A model generated the notes under the pieces. That model was not told the DNA's origin, searched no databases, and saw only the letters and a list, made by a program, of their open reading frames with translations. 64,000 bases of DNA, taken from contig OX597814.1 in assembly GCA_951406725.2 (NCBI GenBank), positions 97,960,001-98,024,000 of the forward strand, in the 5' to 3' direction. Of this stretch, positions 62,600 through 64,000 are shown one piece after another (position 1 is the stretch's first letter; each line of letters starts with the position of its first letter). This DNA is from Octopus vulgaris (lineage: Eukaryota). A program made the position numbers and the translations under genes.

Positions 62600-63833
62600 A
62601 CTGGGGTTTTTTCTATTAGTTAAGTCTGGAGTAAATGAGAATGCCCAAGTTTTTTTCCAGGTTCTTCGAGGCAACTGAGATCGATGCCGGTTGAACCATT
62701 GCAAGTGGTCGGCTGCGGGAGACAACACGAGTGAAATAATAAGAGACGAGTGAAATAGGAGTGCTTGAATGAGAGTGGCATGCAACTAACTACCTCTGAG
62801 AAGTGGCCACTGCAGAGGCGGTAGAAAAGACTAAGAGAGGACGCAGCACGTTTGTTAACCATATAGTGAAGAGTGTTTGTAAACGACTTCATGTCAGCCG
62901 GTCAAGTGGCCTTTCTTTTGATGGAGTCTTGGGTGTCTGTGTGTAGTAGCTGTACTGTCCTAGATAGAGCAGTGCTCTATTGTAGGTTTTATAAAGAGTT
63001 CATACTTGATGGGTGAAGGTTTGGAAATTTTCTGGCTGTGATTAGAATAACCAGTCTTTGAAACATAGTCTTTACTATGCCGGAGGTGTATGCTCGCCAT
63101 AAAATATCCTCAGTGATGGCGAGGATCTCTCATTTAAAACGACAGTGTAAGATTAGTCACGTACTCATCACGATTCGAGGCAGATATTTGATATGTATTT
63201 GATATGTATTCTCAGTGTACGCTGTGATTGTATCTTTCTTTCCTTGTTAAAGGAGACAAGATTTGTTATGATCCCACTGGAGGAGGTTTTCTTGGAGACT
63301 GTAAATTTGCCACGCGTGGATGACATTTGGGTGCAGAAGGTTAGGGAGGAATGAAGGGATGTATCATCTGCGTAGGAGTGGTTGTTGTTGGAGATGATGG
63401 CGAGTAGGTCATTTATGTATAGGTGGAAGTGTGTGGGTGATAAAACCGAGCCTTGGGTACACTGAAATTCATCACCATTTTGCGATCTCTGGAAGCCACC
63501 AATCAAAGAGACGAAAGACGGATGGAGCTCAAAGGCAGGTAGCGGTGTGTATTTGATACTGTCTAAAGTTTCGTTGGTGTCGGAGCAAAAATATTTTCCA
63601 TAACATTTCTCTTGAGCAAGGGCTCAGTGGTGAGTGACATATAAATGTAGGCCTCCAGTAGATTTGACTAAATGAAAGCCATATTGCTTGTCATCAAAGA
63701 TGGAGTGAGGTGTTGATAACAGACTCATTCGGGAGCGACGGTTTGCAGTTTCTGGATTTAAAGTAGATGAAGCAGAAGAAGGTAAGAGTTGTAGAGTTTG
63801 TTTCTTGATCAAACATTGGTGAGCAGGTTGCAC
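62600..63833 (-). mobile_element. Decayed CR1/L2/Jockey-group LINE RT fragment
   Basis: DKQYGF..STG and QGSVLSPT.F.LYINDL...SYADD across frames. Confidence 0.85.
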
Positions 63834-64000
63834 TCATTTATTTCGAGTCTTTTGTTAATCATACGATTTTATGTAGGTAGACATACTTGATGGCCTGACC
63901 CAAGGAGGTTAGAAACATTGAAACAAAGATTCTACTGAGTAGTATCTTAATAGATAATTATATTTCAGACACTAAGCAATATAAGCGAAGGTTCATCAGG

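Overview
AT-rich, microsatellite- and transposon-saturated animal genomic DNA. The SINE/LINE landscape looks like an octopus (inference from repeat style). The only well-supported host gene is an LRRC74A/B-like leucine-rich-repeat protein with two C-terminal EF-hands on the minus strand. Eleven GT-AG coding exons (62346 down to 25582) splice in phase into 431 aa plus stop; its 5' end lies beyond the window. An ~8 kb direct duplication (15905-23941 vs 24042-31108) abuts a 100-N gap and duplicates the terminal exon; it is probably an uncollapsed haplotype. A second, unidentified minus-strand gene may start near 892. The remainder is mobile DNA: a CR1/L2-type LINE with an intact RT ORF, microsatellite-embedded restriction-like-endonuclease LINEs, RTE, Tx1-like, piggyBac and Chapaev-like remnants, mariner/pogo MITEs, Helitrons, solo LTRs, three tRNA-SINE families and many Penelope-like remnants. 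The most striking signal is a set of minimal hammerhead-ribozyme motifs. One sits in a tRNA-headed (Pol III) SINE-like element that occurs as head-to-head palindromic dimers (55215-55921, 9745-10405), suggesting a Penelope-mobilised, self-cleaving SINE. All coordinates were read by eye; repeat boundaries are approximate.
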